The notes below the pieces were generated by a model that saw nothing but the letters and a program-made list of their open reading frames with translations, made no database searches and had not been told where the DNA came from. From positions 1 through 24,736 of the IMG/VR virus record IMGVR_UViG_3300020042_005131: 24,736 nt of DNA, one strand, 5' to 3'. Positions 8,284-16,391 of this stretch are shown here, in pieces (position 1 is the stretch's first letter; the number at the start of each line of letters is the position of its first letter). Origin of the DNA: a virus. Taxonomy: Duplodnaviria > Caudoviricetes. A program made the position numbers and the translations under genes.

Positions 8284-9080
8284 TTCTCAATACTAATCCT
8301 GACCGGGCGCAATTCTTTTTAAAAGAGATTGCACAGACTACGCGATCAATCGTTACGAATTCATATCAGGGCAAATGCAAGAACTTGGTTTTATGGGGAT
8401 TTGGCGGCAAGGTTCAGCAGCAAGCAATTAAGGAACATAGAGCCAAAGGCCGGAGCGTTATCATTCTGGATATCGGTTATTTTGGCAGGGATTACGGTTA
8501 CCGTCGCAGTCATGCGCGTATGTCTATCAACGAATGGCATCCACAGAACTTGCTACAATACGCACCGAATGACCCGTACAGGTTTAATCAAAACAATATT
8601 AAGCTAGTCGATACCTATAAGCCTAACGGCCATATTCTGTTATGCGGATTGGGCAGAAAGTCGAAGGCGTTTCTTGGGCATAACGATATGAATTGGGAAA
8701 AGGGAATGGTCGCTAGGTTAAATAAGTTTTACCCGCATGTGCCAATTGCATTCAGGCCAAAGCCACGAGGCACTGAAACGATAACCGGGTGTATTGTTGC
8801 GTATGACGGCGATATCAAGCAATGGTTGAAAAATTGCCGTCTTGTTGTTTCTAATCATTCCAATGTTTCAGTTGACGCGTGCATACATGGCGTGCCTGCA
8901 ATTTGTACCGACGGAATAGGCGCGGCGATTTATCCTAGCGAAATATCCAAAGAGTTAATTTTAACACGCGAAGAAAGAATAGATTTTTTAGCCCGTGTCG
9001 CTTATTTCAATTGGGGGCCGCATGAATCCCGCGACATGATGAAATTCGCCAATTCAGTTATTGAGAGAATGCAAAAATGA
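8262..9080 (+). CDS. KpsS/KpsC (GT107)-like glycosyltransferase, paralog 2
   Basis: LWG, DIGYF, FRPKP, VVSNHSNVSVDA..HGVP and R..FL..VAYFNW...E; motifs colinear with 6743-7489. Confidence 0.62.
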   Translation: MVENEVLILNTNPDRAQFFLKEIAQTTRSIVTNSYQGKCKNLVLWGFGGKVQQQAIKEHRAKGRSVIILDIGYFGRDYGYRRSHARMSINEWHPQNLLQYAPNDPYRFNQNNIKLVDTYKPNGHILLCGLGRKSKAFLGHNDMNWEKGMVARLNKFYPHVPIAFRPKPRGTETITGCIVAYDGDIKQWLKNCRLVVSNHSNVSVDACIHGVPAICTDGIGAAIYPSEISKELILTREERIDFLARVAYFNWGPHESRDMMKFANSVIERMQK

Positions 9081-9673
9081 TAAATAGGCCGTTTCCGCAT
9101 GTTGTGATTGATAACTTTTTGACCGAGAAGGAAATTGACCGGATATTAGATGAATGGCCGGTAAATATGCAATCGACAGACCGAGACACAGCTAAAAAAC
9201 GATTTACGCGAAAGCTTCCACCAATGGCTAAAAAACTAATCAAGAGATTAAATAGCAAGTTATTTATTCGAGAACTTGAGCGGATAACCGGCATACCAAA
9301 GCTACTACCTGATCGGGAATTGAATGGCGGCGGATTGCATGAAATTGGCCGTGGCGGTTTCTTGAAGATGCACGTTGATTTTAATCAACTACCTGGCGTT
9401 ATTTATCGTCGCGTTAATTTGCTCGTTTATCTTAATAAAGATTGGAATCCTGAATGGGGCGGACAGTTATTACTTGGCGATCGTGGGCAGAAATCAGTCG
9501 AGCCGATAGCAGGCCGTGCGGTTATATTCCTGACTTCCGAAACGTCATGGCATGGTCATCCTGATCCGTTGCAATGCCCAGAGAATAGGTGTAGGCGAAG
9601 TATTGCGCTATACTATTACACAAAAGAAAAGCCTGATTGGTATACAGAGAAACATACTACGGTTTACAAATGA
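9077..9673 (+). CDS. 2OG-Fe(II) oxygenase (prolyl-4-hydroxylase-like)
   Basis: PFPHVVIDNFL, HVD (HxD), LLVYLN..W...WGG.L, WHG and RRSIALYYY motifs. Confidence 0.9.
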   Translation: MINRPFPHVVIDNFLTEKEIDRILDEWPVNMQSTDRDTAKKRFTRKLPPMAKKLIKRLNSKLFIRELERITGIPKLLPDRELNGGGLHEIGRGGFLKMHVDFNQLPGVIYRRVNLLVYLNKDWNPEWGGQLLLGDRGQKSVEPIAGRAVIFLTSETSWHGHPDPLQCPENRCRRSIALYYYTKEKPDWYTEKHTTVYK

Positions 9674-10164
9674 AAATCCACTTAGCATGCGGTAAGCACA
9701 TTCTCGACGGTTGGACAAACTGCGACATGGTGCGACATTCGAAAGCGCCACGCGATCCGGATATTTTTTGCGATGTATCCGATGTGCCATTGCCGGACGC
9801 GTGCGCGGATGAATTGCTGAGCGTGCATATTCTTGAGCATTTCTACCATTGGGAAGTTGCCGGCGTATTGGCCGAATGGGCGCGACTGTTAAAGCCGGGC
9901 GGTAAGATTGTTATCGAGATGCCCGACATAGTTAAGGCATCACGCAATCTAATTAACGGAGGCACAGATCAAATGGCAATGTGGCCTATATTCGGTGATC
10001 AAACATTGCAAGATCCGTTAATGTGCCATAAGTGGGGATGGACGTTTGAGACAATAAAGCCGCTATTAAAGCAAACTGGTTTTACAGAGATCCGCGAACG
10101 AAATCCAGAATGGCATGGGCGCAAAACGACACGTGACTTTCGAGTTGAGGCAATAAAATGCTAA
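9670..10164 (+). CDS. Class I SAM-dependent methyltransferase
   Basis: HLACG..., GW.NCD, LPD..AD....H.LEH and RLLKPGG motifs; ATGA coupling at 9670-9673. Confidence 0.88.
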   Translation: MKIHLACGKHILDGWTNCDMVRHSKAPRDPDIFCDVSDVPLPDACADELLSVHILEHFYHWEVAGVLAEWARLLKPGGKIVIEMPDIVKASRNLINGGTDQMAMWPIFGDQTLQDPLMCHKWGWTFETIKPLLKQTGFTEIRERNPEWHGRKTTRDFRVEAIKC

Positions 10165-10856
10165 CGGTTTATATCGGTTACGATGATCGTGAAAAAGTAG
10201 CATTTGATGTTTGCGTTTACACGCTAAAAAAATACGCCAGCATGCCGGTTAATATCGTGCCGTTAAAATTGGATAAACTGAAAGCGCAAGGAATGATTAC
10301 GCGGTTAAGTATTGGAATGCATGATGTTGTTAGCGATGCACCATTCTCAACTGACTTTTCAGTATCGCGTTTTTTGGTGCCGTTATTGAATCAGTCAGGT
10401 TGGGCGATATTCATGGATTGCGATATGCTTTTCACGGATGACGTTTACAAGATATTGCCATTGCTTGATAACGACAAAGCCGTCATGTGCGTACAGCATC
10501 AACACGAAGGCGATGAAGTTTTAAAAATGGATAATTGTATTCAGACGAAATACAGCCGGAAAAATTGGTCATCGTTTATGGCGTTTAATTGCGATCACGC
10601 GGCAAACAAACGTTTATCCATGGATGATATCAATCGCAGGCCGGGGCGTGATCTACATGCATTCTATTGGTTAAACGATGGCGAGATTGGCGCATTACCA
10701 ACCGGATACAATTGGCTTGTTGACGTGCAACCAAAGCCTGATGATTTGATTGTTGCGCACTATACTTTAGGCGGCCCATGGTTCGACGATAAACGGTTTT
10801 GCACATTTTACGAACGATGGATTGCTGAATGGTCGGGGATGCAAAATGTCGATTGA
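10158..10856 (+). CDS. GT-A fold glycosyltransferase (GT8-like)
   Basis: VYIGYD.RE, STDFS.SRFLVP, DCD (DxD), YSRKNWSS, YNWLV and HYTLGGPWF motifs. Confidence 0.88.
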   Translation: MLTVYIGYDDREKVAFDVCVYTLKKYASMPVNIVPLKLDKLKAQGMITRLSIGMHDVVSDAPFSTDFSVSRFLVPLLNQSGWAIFMDCDMLFTDDVYKILPLLDNDKAVMCVQHQHEGDEVLKMDNCIQTKYSRKNWSSFMAFNCDHAANKRLSMDDINRRPGRDLHAFYWLNDGEIGALPTGYNWLVDVQPKPDDLIVAHYTLGGPWFDDKRFCTFYERWIAEWSGMQNVD

Positions 10857-11367
10857 GTTTAAAATGGATGGCCTTGAGGGTATCGAGATCAAGCTGAAAA
10901 TGCTTAATGGCGATATCAAAATCAAGGGCGCAAGAACGGCATTACGGGCGGCCTCAAATGTTATTAAAGCGCAATCCGTGGAAAATGCTATTCAATACGA
11001 TGATATAAAATCACCGACAAAAATCTGGAAAAATATCGTGGTTAAATCGTCTGCCAAGTCGTTTATGAAAACGGGTGAAATAATGTTTCGCGTGGGCGTG
11101 ATGGGTGGCGCGAAGGAATACGCGAAATCACGCAGCAATCAACGCAAGGGAAAAACAGGAACATACAACACGGGCGGCGATAAGAGCAACCCGGGCGGGG
11201 ATACTTGGTATTGGCGTTTCGTTGAATTTGGCGTACCAGGTCGCGGCATTGCCGGACGCAGCTTTTTAGAAAAAGCATTACGCGAAAAAACCAACGCGGC
11301 AATAACTGAGTTTAGCCGTCGTTTTGATAAATACATAGACAGAAAAATCAGGGCAGGTGTGAGATGA
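10846..11367 (+). CDS. HK97 gp10-like neck/tail-completion protein
   Basis: GAR.ALR.A.NVI, PGGDTWYWRFVEFG and FL..AL motifs; ATG at 10846 preferred over 10822. Confidence 0.88.
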   Translation: MSIEFKMDGLEGIEIKLKMLNGDIKIKGARTALRAASNVIKAQSVENAIQYDDIKSPTKIWKNIVVKSSAKSFMKTGEIMFRVGVMGGAKEYAKSRSNQRKGKTGTYNTGGDKSNPGGDTWYWRFVEFGVPGRGIAGRSFLEKALREKTNAAITEFSRRFDKYIDRKIRAGVR

Positions 11368-11735
11368 TAGGCCCGGCAATTTATTCGTTATTGGCAGCCA
11401 ATGCGACAGTAACCGCTATATTCGGCACATCGCCTATGCGCGTTTATCCGTATGGCACGGCGCTACAAAATACGATTTCGCCTTATGCCGTTTGGCGTAT
11501 CGTTGGCGGTAATCCAGAAAACACATTAGCAGACGTTGCCGAGTTGGATACATTGCAAATGCAATTCGATGTTTTTGCAACGACCGACACCGGAGCGAAT
11601 ACAGCAACGCAAGCATTGCGGGACGTAGTAGAGGAAACGCTTTATATAATTTCATGGCTAGACCAAGGCAAGGATTACGACACAGGGCTTTTCGCATTCG
11701 GTTTTACGTGCGAGGGTGTAATTACAAGAGTTTGA
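11364..11735 (+). CDS. Tail terminator / completion protein (DUF3168-like)
   Basis: RVYPYG.A......PYAVW..VGG.PEN.L and QFDVFA motifs; position before major tail protein. Confidence 0.82.
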   Translation: MIGPAIYSLLAANATVTAIFGTSPMRVYPYGTALQNTISPYAVWRIVGGNPENTLADVAELDTLQMQFDVFATTDTGANTATQALRDVVEETLYIISWLDQGKDYDTGLFAFGFTCEGVITRV

Positions 11736-11744
11736 TGCTATAAT
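11736..11744 (+). promoter_or_regulatory. Extended -10 promoter upstream of major tail gene
   Basis: TGCTATAAT is a perfect TGnTATAAT in the 47-nt AT-rich gap; SD AGGAG at 11770-11774. Confidence 0.6.
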
Positions 11745-11782
11745 CAAGAAAATTTTATTAAATTACTGTAGGAGTAATTATC

Positions 11783-12265
11783 ATGCCAAGACGTGTTCAG
11801 GGTACCCAATTATGGTTTGTTGACCCGCAAACAGATGAGCCAAGATTACTTGGTCAAATAACCGATCTTCAACCGGGCGGCGCACCATTTGACCCGATTG
11901 ATATCACTTCACTCGACGAGTATACCCGCGAAAATATTCCCGGATTACGTGCGCCCGGTCAATTAACTTTCAGCGTCAACCTTGAGCCAGGCAATGCCGC
12001 GCATCGTCGTTTGCATGAGATTTTTTTAGAGAATCCCGCGAACCAGAACGATACGCTTTTGAACTGGATAGTAGGCTGGAGCGATGGCACTTCCACTCCA
12101 ACAGCAGACAGCGCATTGGATCCAGTGTTGCCACTTACCCGTACTTGGTACACGACTGCCGGATATATCGCTGATATGCCTTTCAGTTTTCCATTGGGCG
12201 GCGTAGTTAATGGCCAAATATCCGTACAAAAATCAGGGTCACCAGTATGGCAGCGCAAACAATAA
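11783..12265 (+). CDS. Major tail (tube) protein
   Basis: QGTQLW..DP, IDITSL, PGLRAPGQ..F..N, W.VGWSDGT..PT and GYIAD.PF.F motifs. Confidence 0.88.
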   Translation: MPRRVQGTQLWFVDPQTDEPRLLGQITDLQPGGAPFDPIDITSLDEYTRENIPGLRAPGQLTFSVNLEPGNAAHRRLHEIFLENPANQNDTLLNWIVGWSDGTSTPTADSALDPVLPLTRTWYTTAGYIADMPFSFPLGGVVNGQISVQKSGSPVWQRKQ

Positions 12266-12603
12266 CGTTAGATAGCTTGAAAAAATCCGGCGCTTTTACA
12301 GGCCGGCCAGTTGAAAAAGAAATTGAATGGCAATCGGGCGGCGAAGATCACAAGGCAACTGTTTTTGTTAGACAGTTGTCTTATGCTACCGCCGTCGCTG
12401 ATATCGTTTCAGGCGTTGAAAAAACAGATCACATTGCCGCAAGGATTGCTGCGAGTATTTGCGATGCTGATGGTCATCCAGTTTTCACAGCAGGCGACAT
12501 TACCGGCGAAACTGATCCAGACAGAGGCGCATTATGTTCATCACTAACGATTGCGCTATTGTCAGCAATTGGCGAAGTGAACGGTAAAAAAAAGAAAGCA
12601 TAA
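12247..12603 (+). CDS. Tail assembly chaperone (gpG-like)
   Basis: GAFTGRPVEKEI.W, ATVFVR.LSY and RIAASICD..G.PVFT motifs; ends in a slippery A-run. Confidence 0.88.
   Translation: MAAQTITLDSLKKSGAFTGRPVEKEIEWQSGGEDHKATVFVRQLSYATAVADIVSGVEKTDHIAARIAASICDADGHPVFTAGDITGETDPDRGALCSSLTIALLSAIGEVNGKKKKA
12588..12594 (+). other. Programmed -1 frameshift slippery heptamer A AAA AAG
   Basis: In-frame X XXY YYZ; the -1 frame is open (KESITSEDEMWHEL...) into 12618-12896. Confidence 0.85.
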
Positions 12604-12617
12604 CATCGGAAGATGAA

Positions 12618-12896
12618 ATGTGGCATGAGCTTGTATTGTGCGGTGTTGGCGGCCGTACAATTGCAGAAGCGAAAGAACGATTGAGCTATGCCGAATTCAT
12701 CCAATGGATTGAATACAGAAACAAGCGAGGGACATTAAACCTGGGTTTCAGGTTTGAGCAAAGGACTGCATTGTTGGCGGCAATGTATGCAAACGCGCAC
12801 AAGCCAGCAGATAAAGCGGCGTATGAGGTTGATGACTTTTCGCCCCATGCCGACATAAAAGAACTAACACTCGAAGAAGCAATGGCAGCATGGTGA
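12618..12896 (+). CDS. Tail assembly chaperone gpT-like C-terminal part (made as G-T fusion, about 216 aa)
   Basis: WHELVL.GVGGRTIAEAKERLSY.EF..W..YR.KRG.LN motif; directly before tape measure. Confidence 0.85.
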   Translation: MWHELVLCGVGGRTIAEAKERLSYAEFIQWIEYRNKRGTLNLGFRFEQRTALLAAMYANAHKPADKAAYEVDDFSPHADIKELTLEEAMAAW

Positions 12897-12899
12897 TGT

Positions 12900-15047
12900 A
12901 TGGCGCGTAGTCTTGGCGTATTAACAATTGACATGATTGCCAAAACAGCCGCATGGACTGCGGGCATGTCTAAGGCTGAGCGCGACACTGAAAAGTTTAA
13001 GCGCAAATTCAAAAAGGACATGGATTCAGCTATTTCCACGTCCAAACTATTCGCAGCAGCATCCATAGCCACGGCAGCCTATTTTGTTAAAGCCACGATT
13101 GACCAAGTCGCGGCGCAAAATGACTTAGCCAATCAACTTAAAACAACCTATGCAGGTTATGCCGTAGCAGCCCGTGCCGGTGATCTTGCCGGTGTCAGTG
13201 CGGAAAAGTTAAACGCGGCCAGCAAGAAGCTTACACTATCCCTATCCAAATCAGCAGACGAAACAAGCAACGAGGCTAAGGCGTTAGATCGTCTTAATTT
13301 GTCTGCATCTGACTTAATGGCAATGCCGTTAGATAAGCGAATTCAGGCAATCAATGAAGCAATTGAAAGCCAGATACCGGCATTAGAACAAGCAGCAGTC
13401 GCGGCCACGTTATACGGCAGCAAATCAGGCGCGGCCATTGCACAGATTGACCCTGAATCTATTAAGATGGCGGCGCGTGAAGTTGAGGCATTTGGCCTTA
13501 ATTTATCTGCTATCGACGTTCAGAAAATAGCAGACGCAGAAGATAAGTTAGGCCGTTTTCCAATGGCATTGCAGGGAATTGCAAATCAATTAACAGTCGA
13601 AATAACTCCGGCATTATCGGCGGTTTCAGATTTGTTTTTAGAGATGACAGAATCATCTAAAGGATTTGGAAAGGAAGTATCGCTGGCAGTTGATACAGCT
13701 ACTTTTGCTATTATGACGATGGTAGATGGACTTGAATTTACAAAAAGGCTTGTCGTTTTATTATCATCTGTATTAGCAGGAGGTTTTAGTTTAGGCATTG
13801 AAAGACTAGGCGCTAGAATTTTTGGCACAACTGAGGAAGTCGATCAACTAACGAGGCAGATTGATTCGTTGAGACTTGCTATTAAAATGGATTTTTCAGA
13901 AGACTTGCCGTCGAAGCAATTACAAAAAAGAATTGAACTAGCCAAGGTGGCAGCAGCAGAAGCAAGCAAAGCCAACAAGGCAGTTAGCGGCGATGACGGC
14001 GGCGGAAGCAATCAAGCCACGGCAATCGCACTAACAAAACAAGAGACAGCAGCCAAGCAAGAATTGACGCAAGCGCAAAAGGATTTGATTGCGGAAATTG
14101 ATGCAGAGTTTAAGGCAAGGTCAGATACTAACGAAAGAGCCAAGCAGGTTGTTGATGGATTAAAAAGCGAGGAACAATTGATTCGCGAGAGTTACGACCA
14201 ACGCCGTAAAGATATTTTAGAATCGACCATTTACACTGAGAAAGAAAAGAATGCAATCGTTAAGGAATTGACCGATAAACAAAACGCAGAATTGAACGAT
14301 AAGAATAAGGGATTTTGGGAGCAATGGATTGAGGCAGCCGAAAAGAATTTACAAGACTTTGACGCATTATCAGAAAGCGTAATAAACAATTTCTCATCCG
14401 GTTTCGGCGATGCGTTTGAGTCTATTATTATTGACGCGAAATCATCGAAGGACGCGTTCAAGGAATTAGCAGAGTCGATGGTAAGGAATATCGTTAATGC
14501 CGTTGGGCAGATTATTGCGCAATGGATAGCCATGAAGGCCGTTGGTTCAGCATTAAAACAAGCTGATGCAGTTGAGTCGGTATCGACAGCGGTAGGAACA
14601 GGTGCGGGAATAGCTACAGCAATGGCACCAGCTGCGGCGGCAACATCGTTAGCCACAGCAGGCACAAACGCAGGCGCAGCAACAGCAGGCATAGGCGCAA
14701 CGATAGCCTACACTGTAGCAGCATTGGCAGGCATTGCAGCCATATCCGGCATGGCGCATGACGGCATAGACAAAGTGCCCGAAACAGGAACATGGCTATT
14801 AAAGAAAGGCGAGCGCGTAGTAACTGAAAAGACAAGCGCAAAACTTGACAAAATGCTAACCGGTTCGCAAGGTGGCGGAAGCACAGTGGTTAATGTCATC
14901 AACGCACCGGCAGGCACCGAGACAAGAAAACGCAAGGGCGCGGATGGTCGGGAAATTATTGACATCATTATCGGCGATATGCGAAGCGATGGCCCGATAT
15001 CACGGACAATGAAAAACACATTTGGCGTTAGCAGGCAAGGTACATAA
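12900..15047 (+). CDS. Tape measure protein
   Basis: RSLGVLTID..AKT..W..GM.KAER N-terminus; Ala-rich helical body; GMAHDGID.VPETGTWLL.KGERV C-terminal motif. Confidence 0.93.
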   Translation: MARSLGVLTIDMIAKTAAWTAGMSKAERDTEKFKRKFKKDMDSAISTSKLFAAASIATAAYFVKATIDQVAAQNDLANQLKTTYAGYAVAARAGDLAGVSAEKLNAASKKLTLSLSKSADETSNEAKALDRLNLSASDLMAMPLDKRIQAINEAIESQIPALEQAAVAATLYGSKSGAAIAQIDPESIKMAAREVEAFGLNLSAIDVQKIADAEDKLGRFPMALQGIANQLTVEITPALSAVSDLFLEMTESSKGFGKEVSLAVDTATFAIMTMVDGLEFTKRLVVLLSSVLAGGFSLGIERLGARIFGTTEEVDQLTRQIDSLRLAIKMDFSEDLPSKQLQKRIELAKVAAAEASKANKAVSGDDGGGSNQATAIALTKQETAAKQELTQAQKDLIAEIDAEFKARSDTNERAKQVVDGLKSEEQLIRESYDQRRKDILESTIYTEKEKNAIVKELTDKQNAELNDKNKGFWEQWIEAAEKNLQDFDALSESVINNFSSGFGDAFESIIIDAKSSKDAFKELAESMVRNIVNAVGQIIAQWIAMKAVGSALKQADAVESVSTAVGTGAGIATAMAPAAAATSLATAGTNAGAATAGIGATIAYTVAALAGIAAISGMAHDGIDKVPETGTWLLKKGERVVTEKTSAKLDKMLTGSQGGGSTVVNVINAPAGTETRKRKGADGREIIDIIIGDMRSDGPISRTMKNTFGVSRQGT

Positions 15048-15511
15048 TGACAACAATCACATATCCAGACGTTTTGCCAAATATGTTAGTACAGGGTTAC
15101 TCGATTAAAACAGTAAACCCTATGCAACGCACTGAATTACAATCAGGCAGGGCAAGGCAGCGCAGGCGTTTTACTGGCGTGCCGGTTATGGTTACGTTCG
15201 AAGCAATATTTGAACAGCCACAAGCGCAAATATTCGAAGGCTTTTTTCGATGGATTCTAAACGATGGCGCAGAGTGGTTTCTATGCCCGCTGAAAACACC
15301 AATGGGATTAAATTCATATACATGTCGTTTTGTTGGCATGTATTCAGGCCCCGACCCGATAACGCCTTACCTGTTTAAAGTATCGGGCGAACTTGAGATA
15401 TTCGAGCGCGACACTTGGAATGAGGACTGGATTCGTTACGGCCAAAGCATAATCATGAGCTATGGGCCTGACTTCGACAAAGCAATGAATAGAGAGTGGC
15501 CACCGGCATGA
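15047..15511 (+). CDS. Distal tail (Dit-like) minor tail protein
   Basis: RTELQSGRARQRRRF and L.DGAEWF..PLKTP.G motifs; follows tape measure. Confidence 0.8.
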   Translation: MTTITYPDVLPNMLVQGYSIKTVNPMQRTELQSGRARQRRRFTGVPVMVTFEAIFEQPQAQIFEGFFRWILNDGAEWFLCPLKTPMGLNSYTCRFVGMYSGPDPITPYLFKVSGELEIFERDTWNEDWIRYGQSIIMSYGPDFDKAMNREWPPA

Positions 15512-15999
15512 GTTTGTTAGATGTCATCTACTCAAGCGCACCAGCAAGCAAGGTTTTAATCCCTACGCTTGAAATTGCGAGCGCGTCATTTGACACGATT
15601 AGAATTTGCGCGGGATATGATGACATTACGGCAACACTCGAAAGCAGCGGGGCGCAAGTGGTATTTTATGCCGGAGCAATGGCGATATCATTGCCCGAAA
15701 AGAATACAACAGGGCAGCAGGTTTTGAACTTCGCCATTGATAACGTCACGGGCATCGCACAGCAGTCTATAGACGCGGCAATTGATGCAGGGAATGCTAT
15801 TACAGTTACTTATCGCATTTACACGCAGGACGATTTGTACGAGCCGCAAGAGACTCCAATTGTAATGACGTTAGTCGGCGCTACATTTACAAGCAGCACG
15901 GTTCAGATTCAGGCGGCGTATTTTGATCTGCTTAATTTTGCATGGCCACGGATTAGATACACGCTCGACTTTGCGCCGGGGCTTGCTTACATATCATGA
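15508..15999 (+). CDS. DUF1833-like tail tip protein
   Basis: TLEI, LP.KN..GQQ.L.FAIDNVTG and DLLN.AWPR.RYT..FAPGL.Y motifs; ATGA coupling. Confidence 0.8.
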   Translation: MSLLDVIYSSAPASKVLIPTLEIASASFDTIRICAGYDDITATLESSGAQVVFYAGAMAISLPEKNTTGQQVLNFAIDNVTGIAQQSIDAAIDAGNAITVTYRIYTQDDLYEPQETPIVMTLVGATFTSSTVQIQAAYFDLLNFAWPRIRYTLDFAPGLAYIS

Positions 16000-16391
16000 T
16001 CAACGATTACATAAAAAACATTAAATGGAAATCAAGCGGCGGCACATATCCTGATTTAAATTGTTGGGGATTGGCTAGACTTGCAAGACATGAACTTTAC
16101 GGCAAGCCATTATTACCGGCGGTGATTGACATCGACGCACTTGATAAGCAAGGATTAACCGACAATTGCCAAAGCATTGTTAGCCATAATTTAAAGCCAA
16201 CGGATAAACCGGAGCCTGGCGATCTTGCAACAGTTTGGCGGAATAAACTTTGCCAACATATTGCGCTTGTTGTAGAGATTGACGCACGTTTGGCCATACT
16301 GGAAATCGCAGATCACAACGGCGCGAAATGGCAATGGCTAACAGATTGGGCAGCACGTCATACAAGAGTTATTTACTATGCCGATAATTAA
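15996..16391 (+). CDS. NlpC/P60-like tail assembly protein
   Basis: GG..P.LNCWGL.R catalytic Cys motif and HIALV His. Confidence 0.8.
   Translation: MINDYIKNIKWKSSGGTYPDLNCWGLARLARHELYGKPLLPAVIDIDALDKQGLTDNCQSIVSHNLKPTDKPEPGDLATVWRNKLCQHIALVVEIDARLAILEIADHNGAKWQWLTDWAARHTRVIYYADN

Noticed and set aside
6219-10856. DNA hypermodification (TET/JBP plus GT) reading of the cassette
   Set aside because: The oxygenase motifs look P4H-like rather than TET/JBP-like, there are no nucleotide-metabolism neighbours, and the genes sit among late structural genes. Disfavoured, not excluded.
6219-10856. Lysogenic O-antigen/capsule conversion moron
   Set aside because: No intergenic room for its own promoter or terminator, no membrane GtrA/B-like proteins, and overlapping junctions with neck genes on both sides.
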